The position numbers and the translations under genes are program-made. The notes under the pieces were generated by a model that saw only the letters and a list, made by a program, of their open reading frames with translations, made no database searches and had not been told where the DNA came from. From NCBI GenBank assembly GCA_964016885.1, contig OZ024751.1:30814001-30878000 (forward strand): a stretch of DNA of 64,000 nt. The letters run 5' to 3'. Below are positions 41,831 through 54,914 of the stretch, piece by piece. The stretch comes from Eledone cirrhosa. Lineage: Eukaryota. Each line of letters begins with the position of its first letter. The first letter of the stretch is position 1.

Positions 41831-42626
41831 ATTATATTATATGTATTATATTTTATTATTTTTATTTTTTTATTTTCTTATTTTTCATAATTTATAGATA
41901 CATTTATATTAGGCTGTCTGGTCTGACATTCTAATACTGACCCCTCCCCCCCCCCCTCCCACCTAATTTCTGTATCTTGATCTTGAAATGTGTGTACCAG
42001 TGTTTTATGTGAGTGACTTTATTTCTATTTGCTTATGATTTTATATCCACATATATAAATGTGAGTGGGGGAGTGTGTGTGTTTGTATGTTCGTGGTTAT
42101 GTGTATATTTATACATATACGCACATGTATGTGTGATTATACTGATATGTGTGAGTATGAAAAAAATATATTTATATGCTTGACTCCATAAGTATCATTG
42201 CGTATCTTATCAGCGCATTAAGCTTACAGAGATATTAACCTTGAAAATTTTTTATTTGCATCCATCTTTTTAGTATGCACATACAAATTATACACACATT
42301 ATTGTAAAATGTGTGTAAGGTTTTTACATGTATATACACACACCAAACTGCTTTTTAACCCTTTGTGTTTTCATTGGTCAATTTTGAACTGATATTTTGA
42401 ATTGTTGTTATTATCAATAAATATACTTCATTATTTCTGAAGACGGCGTATATATGGGTTAGGTATGTATATTTAATCTTGATAATTTGTATAATTTTGT
42501 ATAATTTTGTACATAGATCTGTTAAATATGCATACCAATTATAACACATATATACCCTAGAAACGATCGTTAAATAGTGAACTTTTTTTGTTTAATATAA
42601 GGAATTGTTTGTTCATTATTTGTTTA

Positions 42627-42682
<56 letters not shown>

Positions 42683-42796
42683 GGATATAATAATATTATT
42701 CTTAATTCCTTTTTCTTCATGCATAAACCTCATTAACTTTTAATTTCAAATTCTTTTAAATTGTCTATTATCTTCCAATGGCTTTTTAATTTCTCT

Positions 42797-45540
42797 TAAT
42801 AACCAACTATGGACTAGGGCAGATAGAGATAATAATTTTGACATTACTATGGGATCATCAGACTCAGCTCAGGTAACGGACTTTGTGGGCCTATTTATAA
42901 TTAATTCGCTGCATAGGAAAATACCCGGTGTTACCGGAGGTTTATATAGAGATGACATGCTTTTACTTATTGAAAATAATAATCCTGAACTAAATAAGAA
43001 AAGAAAACAAATTATACAATTTTTTAATTACCTTAATCTAAAAATAGAAATTGAGAATAACCATAGAATAGTCAATTTCCTAGACGTAACATTTAATCTC
43101 AACACATGTCTTCACTATCCATTTCACAAGTTAAATGAAAACTTGAATTATGTCAATTTTAGCTCCAATCACCCCAGATCTGTCAAAAATACTATAGTGA
43201 ACTCTGTTCAAAAACGTATCTCTAGAATCTCTTCCAATAAAAATATTTTTGACGAAAAAGCCCAGTATTATAATGAAGCTTTAGCTAGAGCAGGATATAG
43301 TGATAAAATTATGTACATCGATAGTAGACAAACTAACCAAAATAACAACAATTTTAATTACAGTAACAACTTTAACAACTATAATAGAAAGCACTACAAT
43401 AATTTCAAAAACCAGAAAAGAAATAGAACTAGAAATATAATATGGTTTGCCCCCCCCCCCCCCTCCCTTCTCACTAAACATTAAAACCCACATCGCTAAA
43501 CTATTTTTTAATGCTCTTGACAAACGCTTCCCTAGAGCACATAAGTATCACTCAATTTTTAATAGACATACTATAAAATTAACGTACTCGTCCACCAAAA
43601 ATTTAGCACAAAATATTAATAGAATAAATAATAGGAATCTAAAACCTAGCCAAAATACCGAAAATAGCCTAAACAATATTCAACTAAAAAACTGTAACTG
43701 TAGAGATAGATCTAAATGTCCGCTAAATAACAATTGCTTAGTTAAAAATATAATATACAACTGTAATGTTAGAACTGATTTAAATTCTTTTAATTATGTT
43801 GGTTCCACCTCGACAGAATTTAAACTTCGCTATAATAATCACAAAAATTCTTTCACGGATCCAAATAAAAAATCCTCAACAACGCTGTCAGGGTTACTCT
43901 GGCAACTTAAGCATGATAAAGTTGGATATTCGATGGTTTGGAATATAGTCTCAAAAGGGATTCCTTTTAATTCCTCTTCTGAGACTTGTGACCTCTGCGC
44001 GGAGGAGATATTCTTTATATTAAAATCTAAAAATTCCCTTAAATTACGAACCAATTTATTCAGCTGTTGCAGACATAGATTGAACTCAACATTTAAATAT
44101 AAATATAAATTTAAAATGTAATATAAAATGTAGTATATTTACTTAAGGTATTTGACTATTTGTGATACTTGGCGATAAATCTTTCGATTCCTTAAATTTT
44201 TTTTTTTTTTTTTTTTTTAAACCTTTCTGCATGAATATATAATTAATGAGATTAAATAAACTACCCTATAATTGGCGTTGTCCCCAATCTTTTGAATAAA
44301 TTTTTAAGCTGGATAAACTTCTATATTAAATATAAGAGCATTTGTAGAATAAGTTTTGAATGATATCTGCTAAATAAGGCTTGGTGAACAATTTTGGTTT
44401 TGTTTGCTTTGACTCTGATTCTATGACCGATGTGCGTGGCATACTATGTTCTCTTGCGTCCCTAGATACTCTGTGGAGTGACGAAGATATTCTTGGCGTT
44501 TTTAATTTTAATATTGATATCTGTTGTCTACTCTATGCTTGATCGATGATCATGCAAGTGAGGCTGGAATGTTATTTTAGATGTTAATGTATATCTTATA
44601 TGTTTTGTGTCTATATATATGTATATATGTATGTAAATGTATATAGGGTGGAATCTTTTCTAACGCATTGAAGTTTTTCATAAATATAAGAATCAGTGCA
44701 GCGTATCACGTAGGTTCACATGTGCGTCTATATTTATCAACTTGAATTTGAGATAACCTTCTCTTTTCTCTTTTTTCACGAGAATGCATATATACTTATG
44801 TTTGAAGTTTTATCTCAGATTTTGCTTATAGACCTAAGAATTTTTAACTGAGCATGTGGTCATTTTTTTTTTTTTTTTTTTTTTTTTCACACATTATGGA
44901 TATGTGTCTCATTCATGAATACTGATATTTACATTATAATACCTAATTCATAAAAATTGATTATTCAAATGAATGAGACATAATATATTTTTAATATATT
45001 TTAAATATATCATCTTTCTTTCTTTTTCTCCTATACACTAATTTAACTGTATCCTCTCACATATACGATGATCATCTGTCAAAAAGCAGCCTACTATGTT
45101 TCTCACCATCAATATATTTCTCTCTCTCCTTGTCTCTCTATCTCGCTCCGTTGTTTTTCTTTGCATACATCTCTTCATCTTCTTCTTTTTTTTTATTTGC
45201 ATACATCTCTTCATCTTCTTCTTCTCATCTTCGTTTTCTTTCTATATAACTGTCATAACAGTTTCACTACCAAATCAACTTTTTAAAAGGAAGTTGCATT
45301 ATTACAAGGTATGTCACTAATTATTTATAAAACAGCTTATGTATTGTATTTTGTCTGAGGAAGGCATAACATATTTTTAATATGATATCCCAGAAATATA
45401 TATAACGAAATAAATATAGTTTTATAAATATAGTTTCCATTTGTTTAATATCGTAAACCTACTCCAGAAACTGTTGAGTGCTTTTATATCAGTTATAAAA
45501 TATTTACTCGTTGTAACCCAACAATCTTAAATAAAACTTT

Positions 45541-45542
<2 letters not shown>
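42797..45542 (+). mobile_element. 5'-truncated Naiad-type Penelope-like element, copy 2 (ORF about 42800-44121, 3' UTR and pLTR)
   Basis: FDITMGSSDSAQVTDFVGL, GLYRDD, VNFLDVTF, SNHP, CNCRDRSKCPLNNNC, IIY..YVGST..FKLRYNNHK, CDLC..CRH; single frameshift in the poly-C run at about 43450; hammerhead near the 3' end; ends at (TA)n. Confidence 0.92.
45347..45412 (+). ncRNA. Type I hammerhead ribozyme in the Naiad copy 2 pLTR
   Basis: TATTTTGT-CTGAGGA-stem II (CATATT/AATATG core)-GAAA-TATATA-TA-ACGAAATA; 8-bp stem I with one G-U pair. Confidence 0.78.
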
Positions 45543-45592
<50 letters not shown>

Positions 45593-45848
45593 TATAGCAT
45601 TAACGAAGCTTTAGGCTGCGGCTAAGCTAACGAATGCAAATTCGGAATGTAGCTTTAGCACTCGATGGAGAATAATACCCCAGAGTAATAACAATACGTT
45701 TAGACAGCTTTGCAAATCAAATATAGCGATCGGCAGTCCAGCCGCATTGCCATAGCAACGAAAAAGACTGGACTCAGGAAAAGATATATATATAGCTGTC
45801 GAAACGGCCGGAGCTCAACCGTCGGGGTCCTCACTCTTTTCCTATATA

Positions 45849-47139
45849 TCTATGTATATACATAAATGGCAATTTCTGTTTGTTTGTGAATCTAAAACTC
45901 AAAAACTACAAAACCGATCTTGATGAAACTTGACACGTGTGGGGGGCTCATGCCCATTTGATTTCTTACGTATATTTCATTTTAATCAAAGGGTTCCCCG
46001 GGGTTTCAAACCCGCGCTGAGAACCCCCACTTAATTTTTTCCCTTCGATTTATATGAAATTTAAACCATAAGTAAATATGATGCCTATTCACAAAATTTC
46101 AGCAAATTTCAATATTAAAACACCCTAATGGGGGTTAAACCCCCTATAGTAAAACTTTTGGCCAATAAATGGAACAAGATTTCACGAACTCCTCCTATGG
46201 TTTTGGAGATAGACCACCATAACCATATATATTCTGAAACTATATTGCCCAGAGTATTTGGATAAGTATATTTTATTTTGATCAAAGGGTTCCCCGGGGG
46301 CACAAAAGCCCCTCTGAAAATTGTTTCCCTTCGATTTATATGAAATTTAAACCATAGGTAAATGACAAGATATGATGCCTATTCACAAAATTTCAGCAAA
46401 TTTCAATAATATTAAGACACCCTATAGTGAAAATTTTAGCCAATAAATGGAACAAGATGTGTTGTAACAAGATTGCATGAGAACTTGATTGAAGCAACCA
46501 TTATATTAGGGGCTTACAAAGGTCAAGCTCTTCTCATTCCGAGGATTCCACTTATACCAAGTGATAGCGAGTTGCCTTTTACATTTAAGAGGCTGCAGTT
46601 CCCAGTGAGGCCATGCTTTGCCATGAGCATCAATAAGAGTCAAGGTCAAATTTTCAAAACTATTGGTATAGATCTGACAAACCCATGTTTCAGTCATGGC
46701 ATGTTTTATGTGGCTGTTTCAAGGACTGGAACTTCAAAAAATCTCTACATTTTAGCCAATCAAAGAAAGACAAAAAATGTTGTTTACCCTGAAGTTCTTC
46801 GTTAGAACAAAGTATGAAATATATGTTCATGTATTTATTATGTTAAAAAATAAATAATTAAACTTTGAATTTCTAATTTGAAAATAATGCTTTACACAAA
46901 AATGAAATGATCAAGTTTTGAATTGATATTTTGAAAAAATTTATTTACAAGAAACAAAATAAGAATAAGATTTAATAATGTAATTTTGATTTGATATATT
47001 ACAAAAAGTAATATTTTCCAATTTTTCATGCATTACATTTTACATTGAGTAATATTGAGTTTTTCTCCATAAATTATATCAATAAAATCAATCATCATTT
47101 TCTTACAAAAAAAAAAAAATGCGCGGGTAATTCGGCTAG
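45849..47139 (+). mobile_element. Non-autonomous Helitron carrying the Pif1-like helicase C-terminus (46473-46805)
   Basis: 5' TCTATG.., LIPRIPLIPSD..FKRLQFPVRPCFAMSINKSQGQ..FSHGMFYVAVSR..KNVVYPEVL, 3' GCGCGGGTAATTCGGCTAG|T. Confidence 0.88.
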
Positions 47140-47156
47140 TATATATATATATATAA

Positions 47157-47204
<48 letters not shown>

Positions 47205-47706
47205 GCCCATGTAGAAATAACTTAAAATCCCTGCTCTTTTATCCACTTCTAATATGACCTGTATATGAGTGCTGTGTGTGTGATTGATATAAAATAATAA
47301 CGGCTTTACCTATTAATCAAAGTCTGAAGTTGTTATTTCCTGCCTGTGAGGTGAAGAGGTGGCAAAAGAACAGGGTTAAATGTGGGGAGAGTGTTGACAC
47401 CAATTGTTGTTTGTTGCTTGGAACGTTAAGTGGATTAAGTGAAGTGAAATAAACAGGATTGGGTTGGAAGATTTTCAAATACACACACACACACACACGT
47501 ATATATATATATATCAGAGCAAACAGCACGGACACTCTATCTCAAAATTATTTTTGAAAAGCATTTAGAAATGCGCAACCGGTAAAAACTTAAAAACTTA
47601 AAACCACAACTGAATACTAACCCATACAATCACTAATACTCTTTTATTCCTAATTAAACCATTTTTCAACTGTGAACAATTTGTCAGCATTTTCTATTCC
47701 GTTTAC

Positions 47707-47729
<23 letters not shown>

Positions 47730-47739
<10 letters not shown>

Positions 47740-48036
47740 TGTAGTTGTCTGACTGAGTGTGTGTCCTCATTTTTGCAAAGTCTATACAAATCAACATTTC
47801 TATTCCGATTGTCTTCAAACTTGCATTTATATACTCCTTGCGGTCTAAAGATATTAACTGCAGCTTTTATTTTTCAATTGTCTGTTGTTAAAGGGGTGTT
47901 AGGCGCCGGTTATCGATCTCTGTCGCACCCTTATAATATCTGTCTGTATGTCTGCTGTCTGCATAACGACATTGTGACCAACACGTTATTGCTGACGTAT
48001 TATCTTCGCCACATTCATACACACACACATATATAT

Positions 48037-48091
<55 letters not shown>

Positions 48092-49795
48092 TCTTTATTA
48101 GCCACAGGGGCACAAAAGAAGGGGACAAATACAAAGGGGGAAGTTTACATACAATAAAAACGTGTAAAATGTTATCACAAATGCAATTTAAAAAGTTAGT
48201 CATAGATATGTTTCTTTTATTTGCCACTAGGGCATCAAAAGTGGGACAAGTACAAAGGGGGGAGTTTACACAAAAAGGCGTCCTCAATAAGGAGGAGGCA
48301 ATAACAAAATATAAAAATAAAATAAGATATAACAAAAAATAAAATTTTTAATAAAATCCTCAATAGAGAGGAGGCGCCTTGGGGGGTCGCACACACCCCC
48401 GAAAAAAGTGTGCAACCCTTCTCCTCAGGAGCACAGAGAAGGGGTGCTCCCTTGGTCTTTCATCTTCCTCACCTATAGTCTGATGTAGAGTGAAGGCCCA
48501 TTCACACGGGCCATTCTCGCCACTTTCACCCATCTTTCATAGAAACGGCTGGGGTGCAGCACCTCTCTCTCCATCCTGATCCTTCTTCCGAAATGATATC
48601 GGAAGAAACGGACCAGTTGTTGGCCAGAGAGAAAGGTGCCTGACCTCAGTCCTTTCAGACGCGTCCACCATACAACCTCTTTCGCCATGGCTATTACGCA
48701 CAGAAACACCGCCTCTGCTTCATCTTTGAAGGGGGAGGCGGCTTGATCATTACAATAGACTCGGTGGTCAACCGGATCGGTCCCACCCTTGACAGCAGTT
48801 GTTCGACATAGCCCCACAGATCGGCTACGCCCGAGCAGTGTACCAATGCGTGTGCAACGGTTTCCTCGTCGCACACGCATCTGGGACAGATCTTTTTGGC
48901 GGGGTCCCTACCCGGGCGCCCGTGTCTGTAGAGCCTTTCTCGAACGGGTAAAGCCCCTCGGTAGCACTGCCAGGCCAGGGACTTCTGGAAGTTGTCCATA
49001 GGTCCCGGGCTGAATGTCCTACCGAACAGGCTGGCCAGTTCGTCCTCCTCCATGTCTAGGGCTTCTCCGAGGGCGTCGTCGCACCTGCTGCGTACCAGCC
49101 CTCTATAGAATGTTGCGGTGGAGTCTCCACTGATAACCGGATCCGCCTGCCAGCGGGCGGTGAGCGCCTGGGCACACTCAGTGTGCCAGGCGCCCAGTTG
49201 TCTCGGTCTTTGCTTGACCCAGGATTGCAGCTCGGTGAGTGAGACGAGTCTGGGAAAGGTTCGTCTCACAAACGAGGCCCACACCGGTTGTCCGGTGAGG
49301 AATACGTAGAGGTGCCGTAGCCTTAATGCGTGTTTACGCATCATTAGCCACGGCATCCCCAGCCCTCCTTTCGAAGGGTGTTGACAGCAGATGGATCTCC
49401 TCACCATAGGAGCCCGCCTCTTCCAAAGGAATTGGAAGAGCGCGCGCTCCATCTTGGTGAGGGTTTCCCTTGGGCAGGGCACTACGGTCAGGCGGTAAGA
49501 TAGATAAATATACACGGGTGTGTATGATTGTGTATAGAAGATTATATTAATAAAAGGAATTCCAACTTTGTCTCATTTACTCGTTTTATTTACAATCCTT
49601 TAAAATTCATAATCGTATTAGAATGAAATAGTATGGTAGAATATTAAATGTTAAGTGTTAATTGAACAAGTACTTTCATGCTTTCGCAATCTTCAGGTTC
49701 ATAATGTGTGGTGACAGTCAAGTTTGCAATTTTCAACTGAACACAGTTGCTATTACCAATGTTCTTACCCGTGCAACGCCGGGATACACTGCTAG
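47730..49795 (+). mobile_element. Non-autonomous Helitron split by an L1/Tx1 insertion
   Basis: Helitron-like head TATATAAAACTGTAGTTGTCTG at about 47730; 3' CCCGTGCAACGCCGGG..CTAG|T at 49795. Joining of the two halves is inferred. Confidence 0.55.
48089..49513 (-). mobile_element. 5'-truncated L1/Tx1-clade LINE (ORF2 C-terminus and 3' UTR)
   Basis: FQFLW..GGLGMP, W..YRGALPV, CPRC..ETVAHALVHC zinc knuckle; one frameshift at about 48735; AATAAA then (TA)n at the 3' end; GC-rich. Confidence 0.88.
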
Positions 49796-50040
49796 TATAT
49801 ATATATATAATTATATTTATATATAAGAAAATATATAATTGTTTCTACTTTAGGCACTATATAAGTGCCTCACCACACTCTTACATAGACACACGCAAAT
49901 ATGTATGTGTATATATATATTTCCCCCTCTCTTTTCATTCCTCCTCCTCAACTTCTTATTCCCCCCTCCTCTTACTGTATTCAAGTCCATTATATATAAG
50001 TGCCTCACCACACACTTACACACACAAATATGTATATATA

Positions 50041-52747
50041 CAGTGGCGAAGCACTTTTGGATCTGTTGTATAAGTATGAGGTGTTTAAAAAAATTCCATT
50101 GACAACTCAAGCCCCACACGCATGCCTTTCAATTGTGCCCAGCTCAGTTCATTCTATACCTCCCACGAACACAGACGTGTTACATATCAAGTAAGTTTAT
50201 TTATGATTTCACTCTCCAGAAATATATGTGTTTCGTGATGCATTTGTTACGGCATTGTAAACTGTGTGCATTATTTTGAGGTTAACTTTGCCTTTCATCC
50301 TTACGGGGTCGATAAAATAAAGTACCAGTAATACACTGGGTAATTTGCTGGCCTTGTGCCAAAAGTAGAAACAATTATTTTGTAGCGTACACAAATTCTC
50401 CGCTCGAATTCGTGGAAAAACACTACTTTCTAAGAAAGGTCTTTACTGTTTTTGTTGCAAGCTGTTTTCAGACAGAAGTAACTCAAAATTTAATTCTGAA
50501 GATGGATTCAACATATGATGGAAACTGAATCCTAGAACATCTGCGCATGAATCCAGTGCACCTCACGTTCTGAATTTCACAGAATGGAAGGAGTTGAAAA
50601 TTAGGATAGCACGGGGAGAAACAATTGATAAAAAAGAACAAAGAGTTTTTGTAAAGGAAGTGAAAAAGTGGAAGGAAATCCTTTCAAGATTATTGATATT
50701 ATTAGATTCCTAAGCAGAATTTGGCTTTACGGGGTCACCGAGAAGGATTGAATTATGAGAGAAGCGAGACTGACGTTGAACTTGAAGCAACGGAAAATAG
50801 AGGAAATTTTTTTTAGAGCTAGTTCATTTGTTGGCTAAATATGATCCTGTGCTACGTGAACATCTTCTAAGAATCCAGCTGAGAAACAAGTTTATAGAAA
50901 TCCAGAACGAGTTTATAGAAATTTTGGGAGAAAACGTAAGAAGGAAAGTCATCCAGCAGGTGAAAGAAGCCAAGTACTTTTCCATGATATTCGACAGTAC
51001 TCTTGATATTTTACATAAGGATCAAACGAGCCAAGTTTTTCGCTGTTATGATCGATGGAGAGAAAGTGAACGTTGTAGAATCATTTGTCGATTTCATTGA
51101 AACAAAAGGTAAAACCGCAGAGAATATTACAACAATGATTTTGGAAAAATTAGAGAAAGACGGAATTGACATTCAAAATTGTAGAGGCCAATCATATGAT
51201 AATGCTGCGGTGATGGCTGGTGTACAAACTGGTGTTCAGAAACCTATCAAAGAAATTAATCAAAAAGCAGAATTTGTCACTTGTACAAATCACTCGCTGA
51301 ACTTGGCTGGTGTTCATGCAGCTTCTGTTGTTGTGAATTCTGTTACATTTTTTGGATGTGTGGAACGTTTGTTTGTATTTTTTTCTTCATCAACCCATCA
51401 TTGGGATGTTCTAACTTCAGTCACTGGTCAAAGTGTCAAGCGCATGATAGAAACTCGGTGGAGTGCGAGGAGAGAAGCTGTAAGTGTTATCAAGAAACAT
51501 TTCTCAGAAATATTAAGTGCCATAGAAAAGTTAACTGGTGAAGAAGAAAATTCAGCTACCAGAGCAGATGCTGGTGTTTTACTTTGTGCGTTGCAATCAT
51601 TTTCCTTTTTGTGCTTTTTTGGCTTCTGGGAACCTGTCCTTCTAGAAATTAAGGACACACAGTATTACCTCCAAACCAAAGGATTGAATATACAACAATG
51701 TGATATAAAACTCAGGGCCTTAGAAACATTTCTAGTTGAAAACAGGGAAAAGCTAGTGAGTAATGGAGTTAACTATGCCAAAGAAATTTGCAATGATCTG
51801 GGGATAGTCATGGAGCGTCAGCGTCGACTCAAAAAGAAGAAACATATGTTTGATGAAGGATCATGAGATGCTGATTTGCCATACGACATTGAAGTAAGGA
51901 GAAAAATGTTTTGTTCGCTGGATAGAGTAATTCAAGAAATAACTTTGAGATTTAAACAACTCCATGAAATTGCTGAGAAATATGCCTTCCTTACTCCGTT
52001 GAATCTTTTGGATGATAAATATGAGTGCCAAATGAATCACGATCACGACGAAATTGATAAAGATTTGTTCCTCGTTGAGAGAAAAAGACTTCAGAATTTT
52101 ATTGGTGTTGCTGCTATTCAAAACGAAATACGGACTTGGAAAGAAGGTCCTCTTGAACTTTTGCTGTTTATTCAAAAGTATAACCTTGGAAACTCGGTTC
52201 CAAATATAGTAATAATGCTGAGGATTTTCCTCACAATTGCTGTTAGTGTTGCTGCCTGTAAGAGGAGTTTTTCTAAACTAAAACTGATCAAGAATTACTT
52301 AAGATCTACTATGAGTACCTTGCGGTTGAGAAATCTTGCCATGCTGTCTATAGAGCGACAATTGACAGATGAAATAGTTTTTGACAATCTCATTGAAGAA
52401 TTTGCCAACAAAAAAGCAAGAAAAGTTACTTTGTAGAAAGTCGTAGTTTTAATTTAAAAAATAAACATGGTCTTTTTTACACTTTTTTCCCTATATTTCG
52501 CTTTTGCTTCTTTCAAGATTAGGATATTTGTACCCCTGACGACAAGTAGGCGTGTCTGTAGAAAGAGACGCTAAACCTTTCAGTATGTGAAAGTTGTATT
52601 ATGATGGTACACAAAATAGCTAATATAAATATTAAGAATTTAAGAGGGAGTCACTGTACAATATGTTGTTTTTTTGTGGCGGGCCCAGGGAGGACAGGGC
52701 GGCAAACTCACAAGATGCCCCGGGCGAAACACTCCCTAGCTACGCCA

Positions 52748-52750
<3 letters not shown>
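50041..52750 (+). mobile_element. hAT transposon (ZMYM1/Tip100-like), pseudogenised
   Basis: TIRs CAGTGGCGAAGC / GCTACGCCACTG, 8-bp TATATATA flanks; FSMIFDST.D, CRGQSYDNAA.M.G, C.NHSLNL, ETRWS, RSFSKLKLIKNYLRSTM dimerisation motif; SINE fragment inside at about 50278-50378. Confidence 0.93.
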
Positions 52751-52840
<90 letters not shown>

Positions 52841-54046
52841 TTGTGTGTGTACGTGTGTCTATGTAAGTGTGTGGTGAGGCACTTATATATAATGGACTTG
52901 AATACAGTAAGAGGAGGGGCGAATAAGAAGTTGAGGAGGAGAAAAGAAAAGAGAGGGGGAAAGGATAAGAATGAAAAATTCGTGGAAAAATTTATATCAG
53001 AGAAAATTCATAATGATACATTTAAAGTATAGAAGTTTTTAGATAACATAACGCAACGAAGAATAGTTTCGAAATGATTTTTGATAACAAAAATGTTTTA
53101 CAAAAAAGTTTTACAAGAAAAGCAGATAATTCAAATTATATTAATCAACAAATTAAGTATAACATTTACTAATATAGAGGAATAGTTCGTCAGATCGGAT
53201 CAAGGAAACTATATTTCCATTAGTTTTGCTATGGTATGGTCCTGTAACTCCTGATAGAGTCGTATTGACATACGGCGTTTCTTAGACATTTTAAGCCAGG
53301 CGGAGCCCACCACTCTCCAGGCACGAGTACAGCAGATTTCTTCCAGAGAGAAGTAGAATCGACCCCAGTACTACTTTTTTATCGACCTCGAAAGGATGAA
53401 AGGCAAAGTTAACTTCGGCAGGAAAATATGACTTATCAGTCGTCTTCACACCACATTCCAATTCCTTCCTTTTGGGGAGAAAAAAAAACAAAATCCTTAA
53501 AGTGGAAATATCGTGAAATATGAAAGCTGGGATTTAATTTCTGCTAAATAAACTCCTTAATACAGCCATTATGTCTCTACACATGAAACGCAAGATAAGA
53601 CTATAAAATGCCGTTGTTTTGTTGTTTCTTACTTTACTCTAGTTTTCGTTCTAGATCAGGGAACCCCAACCTGTGGCCTTAGGGCCGTATGCGACCTTTA
53701 AGGGTGTTCAGCCCTCGTAACAAGATACGAATTATGTTCTTATCCAGCAGATCGCTCATAGCCAGTAACTGCATGACAGGATTTTTTTTGTTTCAGTGTA
53801 GCTCTCGTAACAAGAGTCTATATCATAATAGGAAATCTGTTTCTCTGTCTGTCTGTCCGTCACACTTCATATGTATATGAGATGTTTTTGTAGTCCTACA
53901 ATAGTTATTTTATGATAGTTTTCTAGTTGCATAAGGCCCCTTTCCCTGTGTGTTTGTGGCAGGTATATTCTTTCTACATCTGATTTTGGGTGGAGTATTC
54001 TAAATGCAGTCATTATTATTTTTTTTATTTTCTGTCTATTCCAGCT

Positions 54047-54453
54047 ATGAAGCTAGTTCTGAGATATCTGACAATTTTAGGTTTGGTTTTAATAATAGTT
54101 ATATTTCTAACTCAAACATTTCCAAAAATATGTTCACACTTGGACTTATTGGGCAAATATCCTAATGATCCACAACTAATGAATGAGGCATTGTCAAACA
54201 AAAGATTGGAATCCTCAAATCTGAAGAAAAGTACAAAGAACTCAAGTGCAGGTGCAGGCAATTCTGGAAACCCACTTATCTATAATTATGGTAAAAACAA
54301 TTTAAGTATGACTGGAGAGAATGGAAATGGGGTGACTTTAACAGCAGAGGATCAGAAAAAGGCGGCTGTTTTGAGTAAAGAATACAACATCAATGTATTT
54401 ATCAGTGACCTTATACCATTAAACCGGATGGTACCGGACTCAAGACCAGTTGG
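54047..54453 (+). CDS. GALNT: Polypeptide N-acetylgalactosaminyltransferase, coding exon 1 (TM and stem)
   Basis: CCAG acceptor ending 54044, MKLVLRYLTILGLVLIIVIFL TM segment, GENGNGV..NVFISDLIPLNRMVPDSR, donor GTAAGT at 54454 (phase 2). Confidence 0.92.
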
Positions 54454-54766
54454 GTAAGTTCTAAAAAAATTCAGTAAATTCTTCATTTCTTGGATGTTCT
54501 TTAGTCCTATAGGCCATTGTTTGTGTAAGATAGAAGGTTTTTGCCTCTTGAAGTCTCTATCTAGAGAAAGTCAACATAAGAAGCAGAGAGGCTCATCCTG
54601 TGGTTAAAAGGAAGGTCATCCAGCCATAGAAAACCAAACCAAAAAACATGGTGTATGAGAATAATAAGGTCACCTGACCTGTCTAGCCTCATAACGTGAC
54701 AGCCTGTCGAACCCATGCAAGCCTGAAAAATAGACATTAAGAAGTAGTGATATTAATGTTAAATAA

Positions 54767-54895
54767 TTGTTTCTACTTTAGGCACAAGGCCAGCAATTAC
54801 CCAGTGCATTACTGGTACTTTATTTTATCGATCCCGTAAGGATGAAAGGCAAAGTCAACCTCGGCGGGATTTGAACTCAGAATAGCAAATCCCAC
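54767..54895 (-). mobile_element. 5'-truncated young SINE with 19-bp TSD
   Basis: TGATATTAATGTTAAATAA at 54748-54766 and 54896-54914. Confidence 0.85.
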
Positions 54896-54914
54896 TGATA
54901 TTAATGTTAAATAA

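Noticed and set aside
43448-43466. Programmed frameshift in Naiad copy 2
   Set aside because: Lies in a C homopolymer where copy 1 is in frame (WYNAPF); slippage or sequencing error is simpler.
37797-44121. Selenocysteine-encoding Naiad
   Set aside because: The conserved Cys positions are ordinary Cys codons with no in-frame TGA; no SECIS recognised.
46473-46805. Host PIF1 helicase gene
   Set aside because: C-terminal fragment only, inside Helitron TC..CTAG termini.
51003-52436. Domesticated ZMYM1-like gene (likewise GTF2IRD2 at 59706-60461)
   Set aside because: Retains TIRs and has stops, frameshifts or truncation; a transposon copy.
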